From Lytechinus pictus (taxonomy: Eukaryota), in assembly GCF_037042905.1 (NCBI RefSeq), contig NC_087252.1, forward strand, positions 15,254,001 through 15,318,000: a stretch of DNA of 64,000 nucleotides, given 5' to 3'. Shown piece by piece: positions 52,270-64,000 of the stretch (the stretch's first letter is position 1; the number at the start of each line of letters is the position of its first letter). Under the pieces are notes generated by a model. It saw nothing but the letters and a program-made list of their open reading frames with translations, was not told where the DNA came from and ran no database searches. Made by a program: the position numbers and the translations under genes.

Positions 52270-52652
52270 AGCCTGAAATGTACACGCTGCCTTCTATTCG
52301 ATTAGAAGACCTTGTTTCTATTTTAACGGAATGGTCCTTTCAAAGGGCAGGTGAACTTTATCAGTCATACATCAAGGTCATTTGCTCAGTATTGGTAGGA
52401 TACTTCCCCCAGGATGTAAGTCATATTTTGAAGAGGAGCCGTTCCGACGCTCCCCCTTCCTCTGTGCATGCCTATCATCAGTACGCTCTTTATATACCAG
52501 TCACAGATTCTTTGTGTGCTGAGTTGGCTTGGTATGGGGACAAAGCCGGCAGATATTTGAAAAAAAACCAGTCAGTTTTGAGAATATTTGACCGTGGAGG
52601 AGAAACATATATATGTGACCTTGAGAATGTTCATTATAGCAAGTTTTTAGAG
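52270..52652 (+). CDS. Probable coding exon of unidentified gene (EPEMYTLPSIRLEDL...YICDLENVHYSKFLE)
   Basis: gaacag acceptor, open frame of ~127 codons with protein-like composition, gtaggc donor. Confidence 0.6.
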
Positions 52653-55600
52653 GTAGGCAATTTTTGTTATTCACATATTATATTTTGCATTTTTTATGAT
52701 TTTATTTTACATTAGCAGTTATTATCATTCAATTTTAGGGTATTTGATTGTGAAGGGAGAGAAACATATTTTGTGACAATTTTATTTACATTCGTAGTTC
52801 TTATATGGTATAACAGTTTTCAGAACTGAATTTTATTTACATTAGTAGTTCTTATATGGTAGAACAGTTTTCAGAACTGAAGTGGCTACCCTGGATGGGT
52901 AAAATATGATGCTATTGTTATTATCATTATCAAATTATATTTCAAAGCAAAGGGACATATATTGATATAAGGAAATAAAGACATGGAAGTTGAAAGAGAA
53001 CGGAAGTAAGATGATTATTATCACATTGAGTAAGAAGAAGTTAGATGCGATTTTCAACTCTATCAGTTTTGTTTCCAAAGCAAAGGTTTATCTGAAATGA
53101 GGAAGTATAAAGAAATGGTAGAGGAAGGAGAAAGGTGATTATTTGTGACCTTGAATAAGATTGGAGAAGTTAGCAAATAATTGCTGCCTTTTCGCTTAAT
53201 TTATTGAATTGAAGTGGATGGTATTTGTGGCTACTTGTAAATTATCATTTCTAGTCTGCATGAAAAAAAAAGAAAAATTGGGAGAGAGAGGAATGTGAAA
53301 TGAGACTGTTTGAGTGGGTAATCAATAGGGTCATTCATACTATTGGAACATTGAACAAAACTTGATATTTTTAGTCCCAAAGTCAACGATTATTCTTGCG
53401 TTTACAAATTTGCACTTGATTTGTAATCTCATTGCAACAAGGTTTATGAGTCAATGTGCTATAGTTAAATGTAAAAATATTGATTGCAAAATTGTAACAG
53501 AAATTTGCAGTTGATTGCATATACATGTCAATAACCAGAATGTTTTATACCAATTTACCAGACTTAATACTCTTTTCAATCTGATAGTCAGTCAGAAATA
53601 TTATATTTCATTATGATTTTAGAGAACCTTTTCTCATAAAAAGGAAGTTTAAATAACTCTGTCCAAGATCCAAAATGAACAACATAGCGGATTTCTGCTG
53701 CAAATGCAAATACCACACACTTGTTCTCATTCTTAACCTTTATTGGTGACCTTGGCTGGACACTTACATTTTATACTGTTTTTTTTTTGGTGTGAAATCT
53801 ACTGCTGATGTGAACACATTGTGTATGTTCATGAAGTTCACCTAAAGAGATTGATGAAGTGACCATCACAAAGAGTCATTAAACCTTAAATGCAATAATT
53901 GTGTTCAGTGAGAATTTGTTTATTTTGTAAACATTATTACTACCATCATTATTATTATTTTTTTATGATTATGATTATGATGATGATTATTATTCTTATT
54001 TGTATTAGTATTATCATTATTATTGTTCTTGTTGCTTTCATTACTACTACTACCGCCACCACCATTGCTACTACTTTTATCATTGTTATTACTGTTCACT
54101 TTGGGGGAGGGGGAGTTGGGGTACTATTGGATAGACATTTTAATCCAGTCCATGCAGTTATTAATTGATGTTATATATAAAAAAAAAACAATAGCTCCAT
54201 GAATATCAGGATAAACTTCTTAAAACAAGACAGTATATAATTAATTTACACTTTGTGAGTGAAAACTACTTGCATTTCTTTGCTGGGCTAAATACAATTT
54301 CATAGAGAAGATATAGTAATGTGTGTGTGTGTGTGGGGGGGGGGGTTATTGACATTCTGTGCAATGTAAAACAAATGTATTATGGTACATGTACATTATT
54401 TTTCACAGTAACTTTCTGTTTATTTTGAAATTTGCATGCAGTGTTGCCTTAAAACAGAATGCGCAAACTCTATTCTTTTAGATATACTTTCGCAGTGTAA
54501 GAACACTGCTTTAATTTTTGACAACATGTGTGGATTGTAGCTGATTTTTAGGAGTCCTTAGTATAAATGTGAAATGGGCCATATTGACACCATGCAATAA
54601 ACCAGGTTATGGGCTGAGTTTGTTTCTATTGTTCATATTTAACCCCTTCCTCATTTTGATTTTTTATTTTCTTATTTCTTATTGTTTATGCTTAAGTGAT
54701 CTTGCCTTTATCAACTGCATATTTCTTATTTCAATATGTACAGATGTGGCTGTTTTGATAGTTCTAAATCAGTACGAGTCTATTAATTACCGATATAACC
54801 AGTTTAGCCCTTTGGCTGCGACTTCTATTCGAAATAAACCTTTACATGTAGGTGAATTTAGCGGGAGTCTCAGTATTCCAATGTGAAATGGGCCATATTG
54901 ACACTGTGCAATTAGGCTGGAGTTAATCCCTCCCCGTTTCAGAATGTATGTCAAATGGTCGTGGAGTGGGGATGCCTTGTCACCTGACCAAATAACCCCT
55001 CTGATTGGTCAAAAATTCCCTTGGTACGACCCATTCTCCATTGGGTTTCACTAGTGGGAGGGTGATGGGAAGAAAAGAGAAATTAAAAGATGTTACGGTG
55101 GAGCAATGGAGAGGTAATGAATTCAGCTGAAAGGAGGAAATTGTGTGAAAGAGAAAGTCGAGAGAATAAAGAGAAGTGATATAGGCCCGTATTCTGAAGT
55201 CAGGTTTAACTTAGACCATGGTCTAACTCTGTGCTAAAATTATTGGAAGCCAAAAGTGTCAACATTTTTATTAAGTTGTACGTTTCTTATGTTTACTGTG
55301 CTCTTTCCTGATTCATTGATGGTGAAGACAATCATCTATTTTTACTTCCTAGACAATTATGAATAATTTGAGAGCCAAATGAGCTAAAAATTTTATATAG
55401 AGTTTTATGTATTTACACATGTTGAAAGGAGGATGACATAGGTAATAGAGAAAGTGTAGAGATTAAAAAAAATGATAGTTTTTAGATTAGTTGTGGTGTT
55501 ACTTGAAAGAGAGGAGGGGGTAAATTTGGGGGGGGGGGTAGACTACCCTCCCCCATACTAGGCTGCTATGCGAAACTTGAAAATCATGGGGCACAATTCC

Positions 55601-56819
55601 CCCTCATCCCCCGCCTCCTGGATTGCCACCAGTTTTCTGAATTTCCTCCCCAATGTTTGTAGGAAAATCAAACAGAAGATTACAGAAATAGAATGTGGAT
55701 GAGGACGTTTGGAATGTGAATGTGCAATGTTTGCTATGTCGAAGACTGGCTCATACAGCTGACCAACCATTCCAAGTTGGTTTTCGCTCGTCAAATAGAG
55801 GAAGTAAGAAACAAACAAAGGTTTGTGGTGGATTGCAAACGTGAAAGAACTGTTCTCATTGGTTCCTGGCCTGTGTTTTGAACAAAACATGCATGTTACA
55901 ACCAGTCTGATTGGCCAATGTCATGGAACCATTGTGATACGAATTGAAAGGATCCCGTTGAGTGTAAGAAGCAAACTGAGGTTTGTGATGGATTGCAAAG
56001 TAAAAGAACTATTCTGATTGGTTCACAATCAGTGTTTTGAACAAAATGTGTATGTAACAGCAATCCTGATTGGTCAATTCATAAGGATGTCGTGAGAGTT
56101 GCGGAAGGTTCAGGAGAGAGAGAGAGAGATGGAAATAAAGTCAAAGTTGAGAAAAGTGTGTACAGTGAATTAGTAAATATTTTACCAATAGTAATAATAA
56201 GCACAATAATCCTTATAAAGGAGGGTTTTTTGGGGGGGAGGGGGTGGCATTGACAATTTGAATTTAAAGAAATTCATTCAAATTTAAGTGAAAAAAGTTA
56301 AGATTGCTATGATGATTGCTATGTAATTCTGATGGGGGTACCGGGGAAGGGGGGGTTGGCGGGGGCTGCATTTACCCCCAATTAAATCCTGTTATTGATT
56401 GAGGTCTAAGGAAGTTATTTCAATGTTATTGATACCCCCAACTGCAATGCAAGTCTTGTGAAAGAAAATAAGTGTTTATGTAGGCTGTTAGATTTATCAT
56501 TACTAGTATATTATTATACAAATGCTGATCTTAAAATGTTGCATGGTTACTAGTTTTATTATTTTTCCAAGTTAAAAGAAAAAAACATTCTGTTTATTCT
56601 TTTATGTATACATGTATTTTCCTATTAAGTCTGCAGTGAGTTAATCTGATATGTCTCCCTAGATTTTCAGGAGATTTTGACTTCACCCACTAGAAGATTC
56701 AAACTTCATATGTCACCTTGTTAAAGCTTTTTAATTGACTGCTCTATATATTACATTTTGTATGTTTTTTTGTTAATTATGCCCCAAAAGACGATAAAGA
56801 TCATTGTACTTTTTGTAAA

Positions 56820-57858
56820 TGATAAAGGTGATAAAGATGGTGATGATGGTGATGATGATGATGATGATGATGAAGATGATGATCAAGATGATGAGGATGA
56901 TCAAGATGATGATGGTGATGATGGTGATAATGATGATGATGATGATGATGGTGATGATGATAATGATGATGATGAAGATGATGATGATGATGAGGATGAT
57001 GATGATGATGATGAGGATGATGAAGTTGAAGATGATGAAGATGATAAAGATGATGATGATGATGGTGATGATGAATATGATGATGATTATGATGAAGATG
57101 ATGATGGTGATGAGGATGATGATGAGGATGATGAAGATGATGAAGATAATGAAGATGATGATGAAGATGGTGATGATGATAATGAGGAGGATGATGATGA
57201 TGAGGAGGAGGATGATGAATAAGATGAGGATGATGATGATGATGAGGATGATGATGATGATGAAGATGAGGAGGATGATGATGATGAAGATGGTAAAGAT
57301 GATGATGATGGTGATGAAGATGATGAATATGATGAGGATGATGAGGATGAGGATTATGAGGATGAAGAAGATGTTAAAGATGATGAAGATGATGGTGAAG
57401 ATGATGAGGATGATGGTGATGATGATGATGACAATGAAGATGATGTAGATGATGAAATGATGAAGATGATGAAATTGAAGATGATGAAGATGATGAAGAT
57501 GGTAAAGATGATGATGATGATGAGGATGAGGATGATGATGATGAAGATGATTAAGATGATGAGGATGATGAGGATGAGGATGATGGAGATGATGATGAAG
57601 ATGGTGAAGATGATGATGATGAATATGATGAAGATGATGCAGTTGAAGATGATGAAGATGAAAATGATGAAGATGATGAAGATGGTAAAGATGATGAAGA
57701 TTATGAAGATGGCAAAGATGATGATGATGATGAAGTTGAAGATGATGAAATTGATGTTGATGATGATGGTAATGATGAGGATGAAGATGGTAAAGATGAT
57801 GATGATGAAGTTGAAGATGATGAAGATGGTAAATATGATGAAGAGGATAACAATGATA
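56820..57858. repeat. ~1-kb imperfect (GAT)n microsatellite
   Basis: Direct inspection; contains frame slips and in-frame stops. Confidence 0.95.
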
Positions 57859-57879
57859 CACATTTATATTTAGATATAA

Positions 57880-58800
57880 CTCCCCTTCACCATGTCATTG
57901 GCTATACCTAATTTCACTCATACAGGTTACACACCCATAGTTTCACACTTGGTTACAACCTCATTACACATTTCTCTTCCTGAGATAAAAAGAATGGGAA
58001 CCGTAGTATGCATTTTCGTGAGTATTTCTCACCATGTTCCCAAGGGGATGAGGGAACCTGCTACCCGAGGCATTCAATCTTAATTCAATTACTAAACTGT
58101 GTCTTGTTATACAGGGATTGTTCCTGTTAGGCCCTAGTCTGTCCCCCGTATCCCTCTCCCCCTTCCTCCTTCCCAGGACATTGTGCCGTATCAAATTTCA
58201 CCTTCTATATTTCAGCATCGAGTTCCCCCCCATCAACGCTTCATGCTTGTCAAGCCCGTCTGAAGTGTTCGCACGGTCATCAAACCGAAATTAGCGTCTC
58301 GGGGACGATCCCCCGCGAGAAATCGCTGACTCACCAACGTGGTATTGATCTAGATCTCGATATGCCGCAATTTTTTGAGCATATATGAGTAGGGGAATTA
58401 CATGACGATGGACAGCGATGGATGTTTAACTTCAATGGCTCCGTTTCCATCCATTCTATGCCTTTCGTTGCCCCTTTTCGTGGTGTCTCCTTTGTCGAAT
58501 AGCTTCTGCTTGCACTCGGTATCTGCCCAACCTCCTTGTACAATGCTAGTAAAAAAAGAAGCATCTATTGTGTCTGTGGAAATCTGACATGGAAGTCTGT
58601 CAAGCTTACATACCCTACCCCCTCCCGCTCCCATTTTTTTATTTGTGTTGATCGATAACGGGAGCGATAAAAAGGTTTGTTAGAAGGTGGGATTGGCAGG
58701 TCTTTGTCAGGGGGTTGTTCCTGAAGGCGTGTTGCACAGCCTTTTGTGGAGTGTTTGCAGCTATTATTGATTAGTCTCATGCTCTGATTATGGCCAGTAA
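57880..58800. mobile_element. Possible decayed Penelope-like retroelement
   Basis: Degenerate GIY-YIG-like peptides on both strands (PIVSHL..H, GT.YP.GI; TRLQE, EPLKLNI). Confidence 0.35.
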
Positions 58801-61800
58801 TTGACAGGTTTCTTCGGAACTAAAGATCCAAGAATTTACCCAATGGTTGTGCCTTGAAATTCCCTTAAAGCCACTATGCCACAGCCAATTTGGATAGCAC
58901 CATCTCCAGTCCTGAACTACATGTACATGGACCATGCATGCGACCTGCTACCCCCGGCCAAAACCAACAATAAGTTGCTTAAAGTGAATTTTGAGGTTGA
59001 ATTTTAAGGGGTGTTAAGATATTGCACATCCTATAACCAGAGGCCGCGGAACGGTTTTGAAAGTGGGGGGGGGGGCTGACCATGCAAAAAATCACAATCA
59101 GATGGTCATTTTTATGTTTTTGTACACGGTTTGGGAAAAAGTTGAGGGCGCTGAAGCCTCGCCATTCCCCCTGGTTCTGGGGCCCCTGTATAAGCCCTTT
59201 TTGTTAAAGTGATCAATGATAACCTGTTCAAGTGCTTTTTATTGAATGTAAAACAAATCATGGAGACTTTCAAAGAATACAGAAAAAACATGGTTTGATG
59301 TTTGAGGTTCGCTCAAGCATGAAATGCGCACACTGTGCAATCTCCGTGAAACTTTCCAAGTGCTCAGTCCGCAGAAAATGGTGTCAGAGAAAGTCTTGTA
59401 TCTTAGATTTTATTATACAGTATGAAGAAGAAAAATGACTCTTTCAGATGAGCTAATTCTTTATATTTTCCTTTTGAAGACCAACTTACTATTTTGGCTA
59501 TTTATTGAGAACCTTCCCTTGGCAGTATTTGGATATGCAGTCATATACTCACTGCAATGTTGAATAATTTCCTTATAATCTTTGTATTAACTTTCATGCC
59601 ACTATTAGGAACAATGGGTTTCCATTACAAAATTGCCTTTTTGTTTCTGGATTTGGTTCTAATTCCATTTCAAGCTTGATCTGTAATGGAAATTCCATTT
59701 TGCCATAGAAAATGTACCTAGAAAAACATGTATCCTTCATGTATATTCAGTTTATGATACAGCCATTGGCATAAATCTGTGATGTCATATTATTCAAGTG
59801 GGGGGGGGGGATGAAACAGTAGATTATCCGCCCCCCTGAACAATGGGTGATTTCAAGTCTGGTGTTGGCGTTGGTGTTGGAATTTGGAATGCTTTCCTTA
59901 GCTTCAAAACCTATTCTGAGTTTGTAAAACTGATCCAGATCACACTATTGTCATCTCAGCAACTAGTGAGTGACTTTTCAGGACCTTCTTCATTTTATGT
60001 TTGGTGTTATACTCATGTTAAAATTGACCTAACACCAACACCAAAAGGTTAACACTGAACTTGAAATCACCCAGTAGGTTTACTGCTCAGGTTTATACCA
60101 GTGAATTACCAGTATCCAGGCAATTTAAACAGATAAAAACAGAGGTGTTAAAACTGACACCATGGTGTCACTAGAGGACACTCTGAGGTTAAAATTACAC
60201 CATAGAGATTGAACACAACACCAAAGAGTTTAAGATTAACATTGAAAGGTGTTGAACTAACACCACAAATTTAACACTGGTGTAAAATGACTGTTGTGGT
60301 CTGCTGTGTACACCAATCAAGACCACATTTACAGGTGTAATATGTAGAGATTAAACAAATATTGCCCTGTAGAGGGCAGCAGACCACAGCTTTACAGTGA
60401 GTGAAATCTTGCCTAATCCTCAAAGGGTAGTTTCTGTGGCTGGGAGCTGGATATAAATTGTAAATCGTATAAGTTATGTCATTTTAGACTCTATTGAATG
60501 AATAAAACTTCTTGATGACCACAGAAAACTATAGGTATCATGATCATTATCATTTGAAGATATATAATCAAGTTTTTTAAATATTACCTTTATTGCTTTG
60601 CTATTTCATTCTAGTCAAATTATTTATTTTATACCTGTGTTAAATCTTTACATGAAATCACTCATATTCATGTACCTTTTATCAGAAAAATATTTGGTAA
60701 AAAAATTAGCTTTAAAAGAGATTTTAAGTAAATAGGGGAAAACATTTACAATATTACAAGCATATTTTAACACAATTTAGAAAGTTTTTAATATGAATTG
60801 TTTTATTTTCAAGCTTGTGATTAGATGTGTGTAATATGAGCTGGATACTGAAAATTGGGTCAGGTTAACTGACATCCCACTTATACTATACCCAAGTGAA
60901 CATTGAAAGTACTTACTCGGCATTTCTTCATTCTCTTCTGCATTTCATGTTCTTTTTCAAATTAAACATGAACAAAATGCACATAAAACCCTGTCCTTGA
61001 ATTTCAGCCTCAACATCGAGGTAATTTGATGTGAAAATGAAAAATAATCTCATTCTTCAAACACTTGATAGAGCAGACAGCAGGAATCAAAGTCCTCCAG
61101 GGCTAAATTAAAAATGTTTGTTCGCCGGCAGTCTCCCCAAACACGAACAAATAAAAGCAAAAAAACCCTATCGGAGTGAGAGTTTAGTTACTAGAAGTCG
61201 AGGGCGCTCTAATCACTTCCCGACAAAAGGCCACGGTAATGATTTCTGAATGTTGTCCGGCTCTTGACATTGAAATAAACGACCTAGACCATGCTTAAGG
61301 AAGTTACGATGGAAGCCCCGAATGCTCCCAACATCGTTGAGCAATTACCAGGCGAGGAGGACGTCCCCATTTGGAGATGGCGGTAGGTCCATGTTTTCTT
61401 ACCTGCCGGTGTAGTATGACCCCGGTCTGTTAGTCCCATATGTTCTACCAGTGCGTAGGGTTGTAAGGCCTGGGGGTGTGAGTGGTGTTGAGTTGCCTAA
61501 TTACAAGGCTGGTTTCAATAGGGTACTTCAGACCCTCCCCTTCACTGATCCATCTACGATGACTCACCCTTAAGAACCCCCTTAATTTACCCCTCTCCCA
61601 AACTAGTCTGCATTCACAGACCTTTGGTTTTTGCATAGTATGTGTATACAGCTAGAGTCTGTGGTAGTGAGACTAGATTCACCCCAAGTACTGTGGCTAC
61701 AAATAAGCTTCTATCAAAGATGTCAAGCATGAGAAACTTGTTTCACAAGTATATGTAAGCAGACTCTTAATTGATACTTGCATAGGGTTTGGAGTCTAGT

Positions 61801-63768
61801 CTAGTCTCTCTATGAGAGACATGGTATTATTTGTTTTAGTGTCAAATTTGAGTCTGTGCTGGCAGACTACTCCCAAACTAGGATAGCTACACCTTCAGTT
61901 GACTGGTATATGTCAGCATTTTATTTGTTTCTGCTATAATTCTAGACTCATTTTACTCAATAGTCTAGCCCATTTTTCTATAGTGATGATGTCTACAATG
62001 AAGATAATAATGATAGTAATATAATAATTATATTAATGATATAAGCTGATCGTCCAATTATGCCCAACATATTAACATTTTCCATTCTTTTATTTGTTTT
62101 AATGGTTTAAATTTCACCACAGTTTTTTACCCTTTAATTTCTATTTCCTTGTTTTTTGTTATTTTCTCTTTTTATTTTTTCTTTCTGCTTTTTGTTTACA
62201 ATTTTTCTTTGCTTTTGTCATTTTCTTTCTATATTTTTCTTTTCTTTTCACACACTATTGAGAATAAAAAATGAAAAAAATCATACTCTTGTCTTTCTCC
62301 ACCCATGCCAAGAAAGATATATATTTTTAATAAAGATCGCTACTTATAATTTTTGAAAAATCTACTTTAATGCCTTGGTAATTTTTGTGATAATATATAT
62401 TTTGATACTTTACCAAAACATATTTGTTGTAAGGTACAGTGCTATATGTTTACAATTTATTCTCTATCTGAATGTTTCTGCTTCAATGTACTAATCAAAC
62501 ACCAGAAAATCTATCATTTCTTTATACTAACATAAAAAAGAGGAAACCGATAAAAATGAGCGGACGGGACAGGTACATTTAGTTGGCCAGCAGGTGCTCC
62601 GGCTTTCATACATGAATGTTTGTCTTCATCACATTCATAATTCAATTGTGGTGAATCATTGGCGATTCGTTTAACTAGGTAATTATTAAAAATAGAACGA
62701 TTAATCTAATCACAAAAAGACAAATGTCCTTATTCATTCATTTGTCTTTTAATTGTGTCCCAGCGGTCTCAAGCAGACAATTTAGAACGCAATAAAAATA
62801 GCCTCAGGTCTTGTGGGGATAGAAGAAAAGATGATAATACCTCAAAAGTACATGAGGGAAATGATAGACTGTGAAGCATGTGACAGAATTGATGGGGGGG
62901 GGGGTGCTAGGAAGATTGAAATATGTCAAACAAAATACGAACAAAGGATCCACATAATTTGCTCATAGCAAATTACACAATTACTATGTTGCCTCGCGCA
63001 CCGTTGTCATTAATAGTGAATGCAGTATTTTTTAGGATTCCAATTTGACTACTTAAATCCTGATCAGATTTACGAGGGGACAATGACCGTCATCTAAACT
63101 AATTATAACTAATTTGATTTCATCTTGTGGCCCGTGTCTAAATCAGATAGCTTGAAATACATTAAGGTAATCTTCCGCACCTGTTTGGGGGGTATTTTGC
63201 TAATATGGAATTTTTTCCGCTCACTGATGTGATTTATTATGTGTGACGAGAGAGATGTGTATGAGCCGGTGCATAAATGCTGATTTGATTTGTTTCATTA
63301 AAACAGGCTGAAAATTTGAAGAAGGAGAACACTTTTTTGTGTGTAATAAGTTGCTAGGCAAAAGGTAACATGTCACATATTTCGAGATTCAGAGCTCACG
63401 CTTGACAGTTCATTCTAACTTGTCAAGTAACTTGCTTAGGTTCTCTTAAAGTTGAATTTCTTTTATAAAATTTCAATATCCATCTTTGCTTTCTCCTTTA
63501 ACAGAATCAGATCTGTTTTTTTTTATCATCACAAGCTTTATTAGTTCTGAGGCCCAATGCATACAATAAAAACTAATTTTTTTAACCAGAGTTTTTAATA
63601 TGTTAAATGTCAATGACATGATTTTATTTACACAAGTCAAGAGTTTTTTATGTATTTACCAGAGATCATTTTATACAACATGCCCTGATGTGGAAAATGA
63701 AATAGTGGTGGTGATCTTTACCTGATTATTGCTATAAAGCATGAATGCTAATAAGCATTACACACAAG

Positions 63769-63923
63769 GGGCCCGTTGCATAAAACTTTTTACCTGAGAA
63801 AACTCAGGTTGTTTTTACCGGAGTTTTTGCCCTGTGTTAAAGTCAATGGCAGAAATCAGACTAACCTTAGTTTTCAGTTTTTACCAGAGTTTTCTCAGGT
63901 AAAAAGTTTTATGCAACAGGCCC
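63769..63923. mobile_element. Harbinger-like palindromic MITE
   Basis: TIR gggccYgttgcataaaactttttacctgagaaaactc. Confidence 0.8.
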
Positions 63924-64000
63924 AAGATGGGGTCAAGTATACATGTTTAAGCAACATCATACCTTGTTTAACTCAATTTTGCAAAGAGTTGGACTTGGGT

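Noticed and set aside
56758..57873. Long poly-Asp, poly-Met, poly-His and poly-Ile ORFs
   Set aside because: Artefacts of a (GAT)n microsatellite with stops and frame slips
62764..62807. Candidate small exon after a pyrimidine tract
   Set aside because: Weak donor and no recognisable peptide

Overview
AT-rich, intron- and repeat-rich animal genomic DNA. The gene and repeat content suggests a marine invertebrate, probably a sea urchin (inference). The + strand carries the 3' 12 coding exons of an AMP deaminase gene (634-41425); its 5' exons lie upstream of the window. All exons have GT-AG boundaries and consistent phases. One 25-kb intron (11538-36598) has been almost entirely duplicated in tandem. 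Each copy holds an antisense gene whose CDS is a single exon, encoding a RING-less B-box/coiled-coil/beta-propeller (TRIM/NHL-like) protein. A second, unidentified + strand gene appears to start near 50.0 kb. The rest is MITEs (Harbinger-, Tc1/pogo-, hAT-, Kolobok-, Mutator- and Ginger-like), tRNA-derived SINEs, LINE and Penelope remnants, HINE/pearl-like elements and satellites. Most notable observations: (1) recurrent 6-bp CATGTA insertions at TA sites, probably transposon excision footprints, including in-frame Thr-Cys insertions in the B-box genes; (2) a TGT...ACA MITE carrying a tRNA-like cloverleaf with a UCA (opal) anticodon; (3) stacks of degenerate splice-site-plus-exon duplicates beside real exons.
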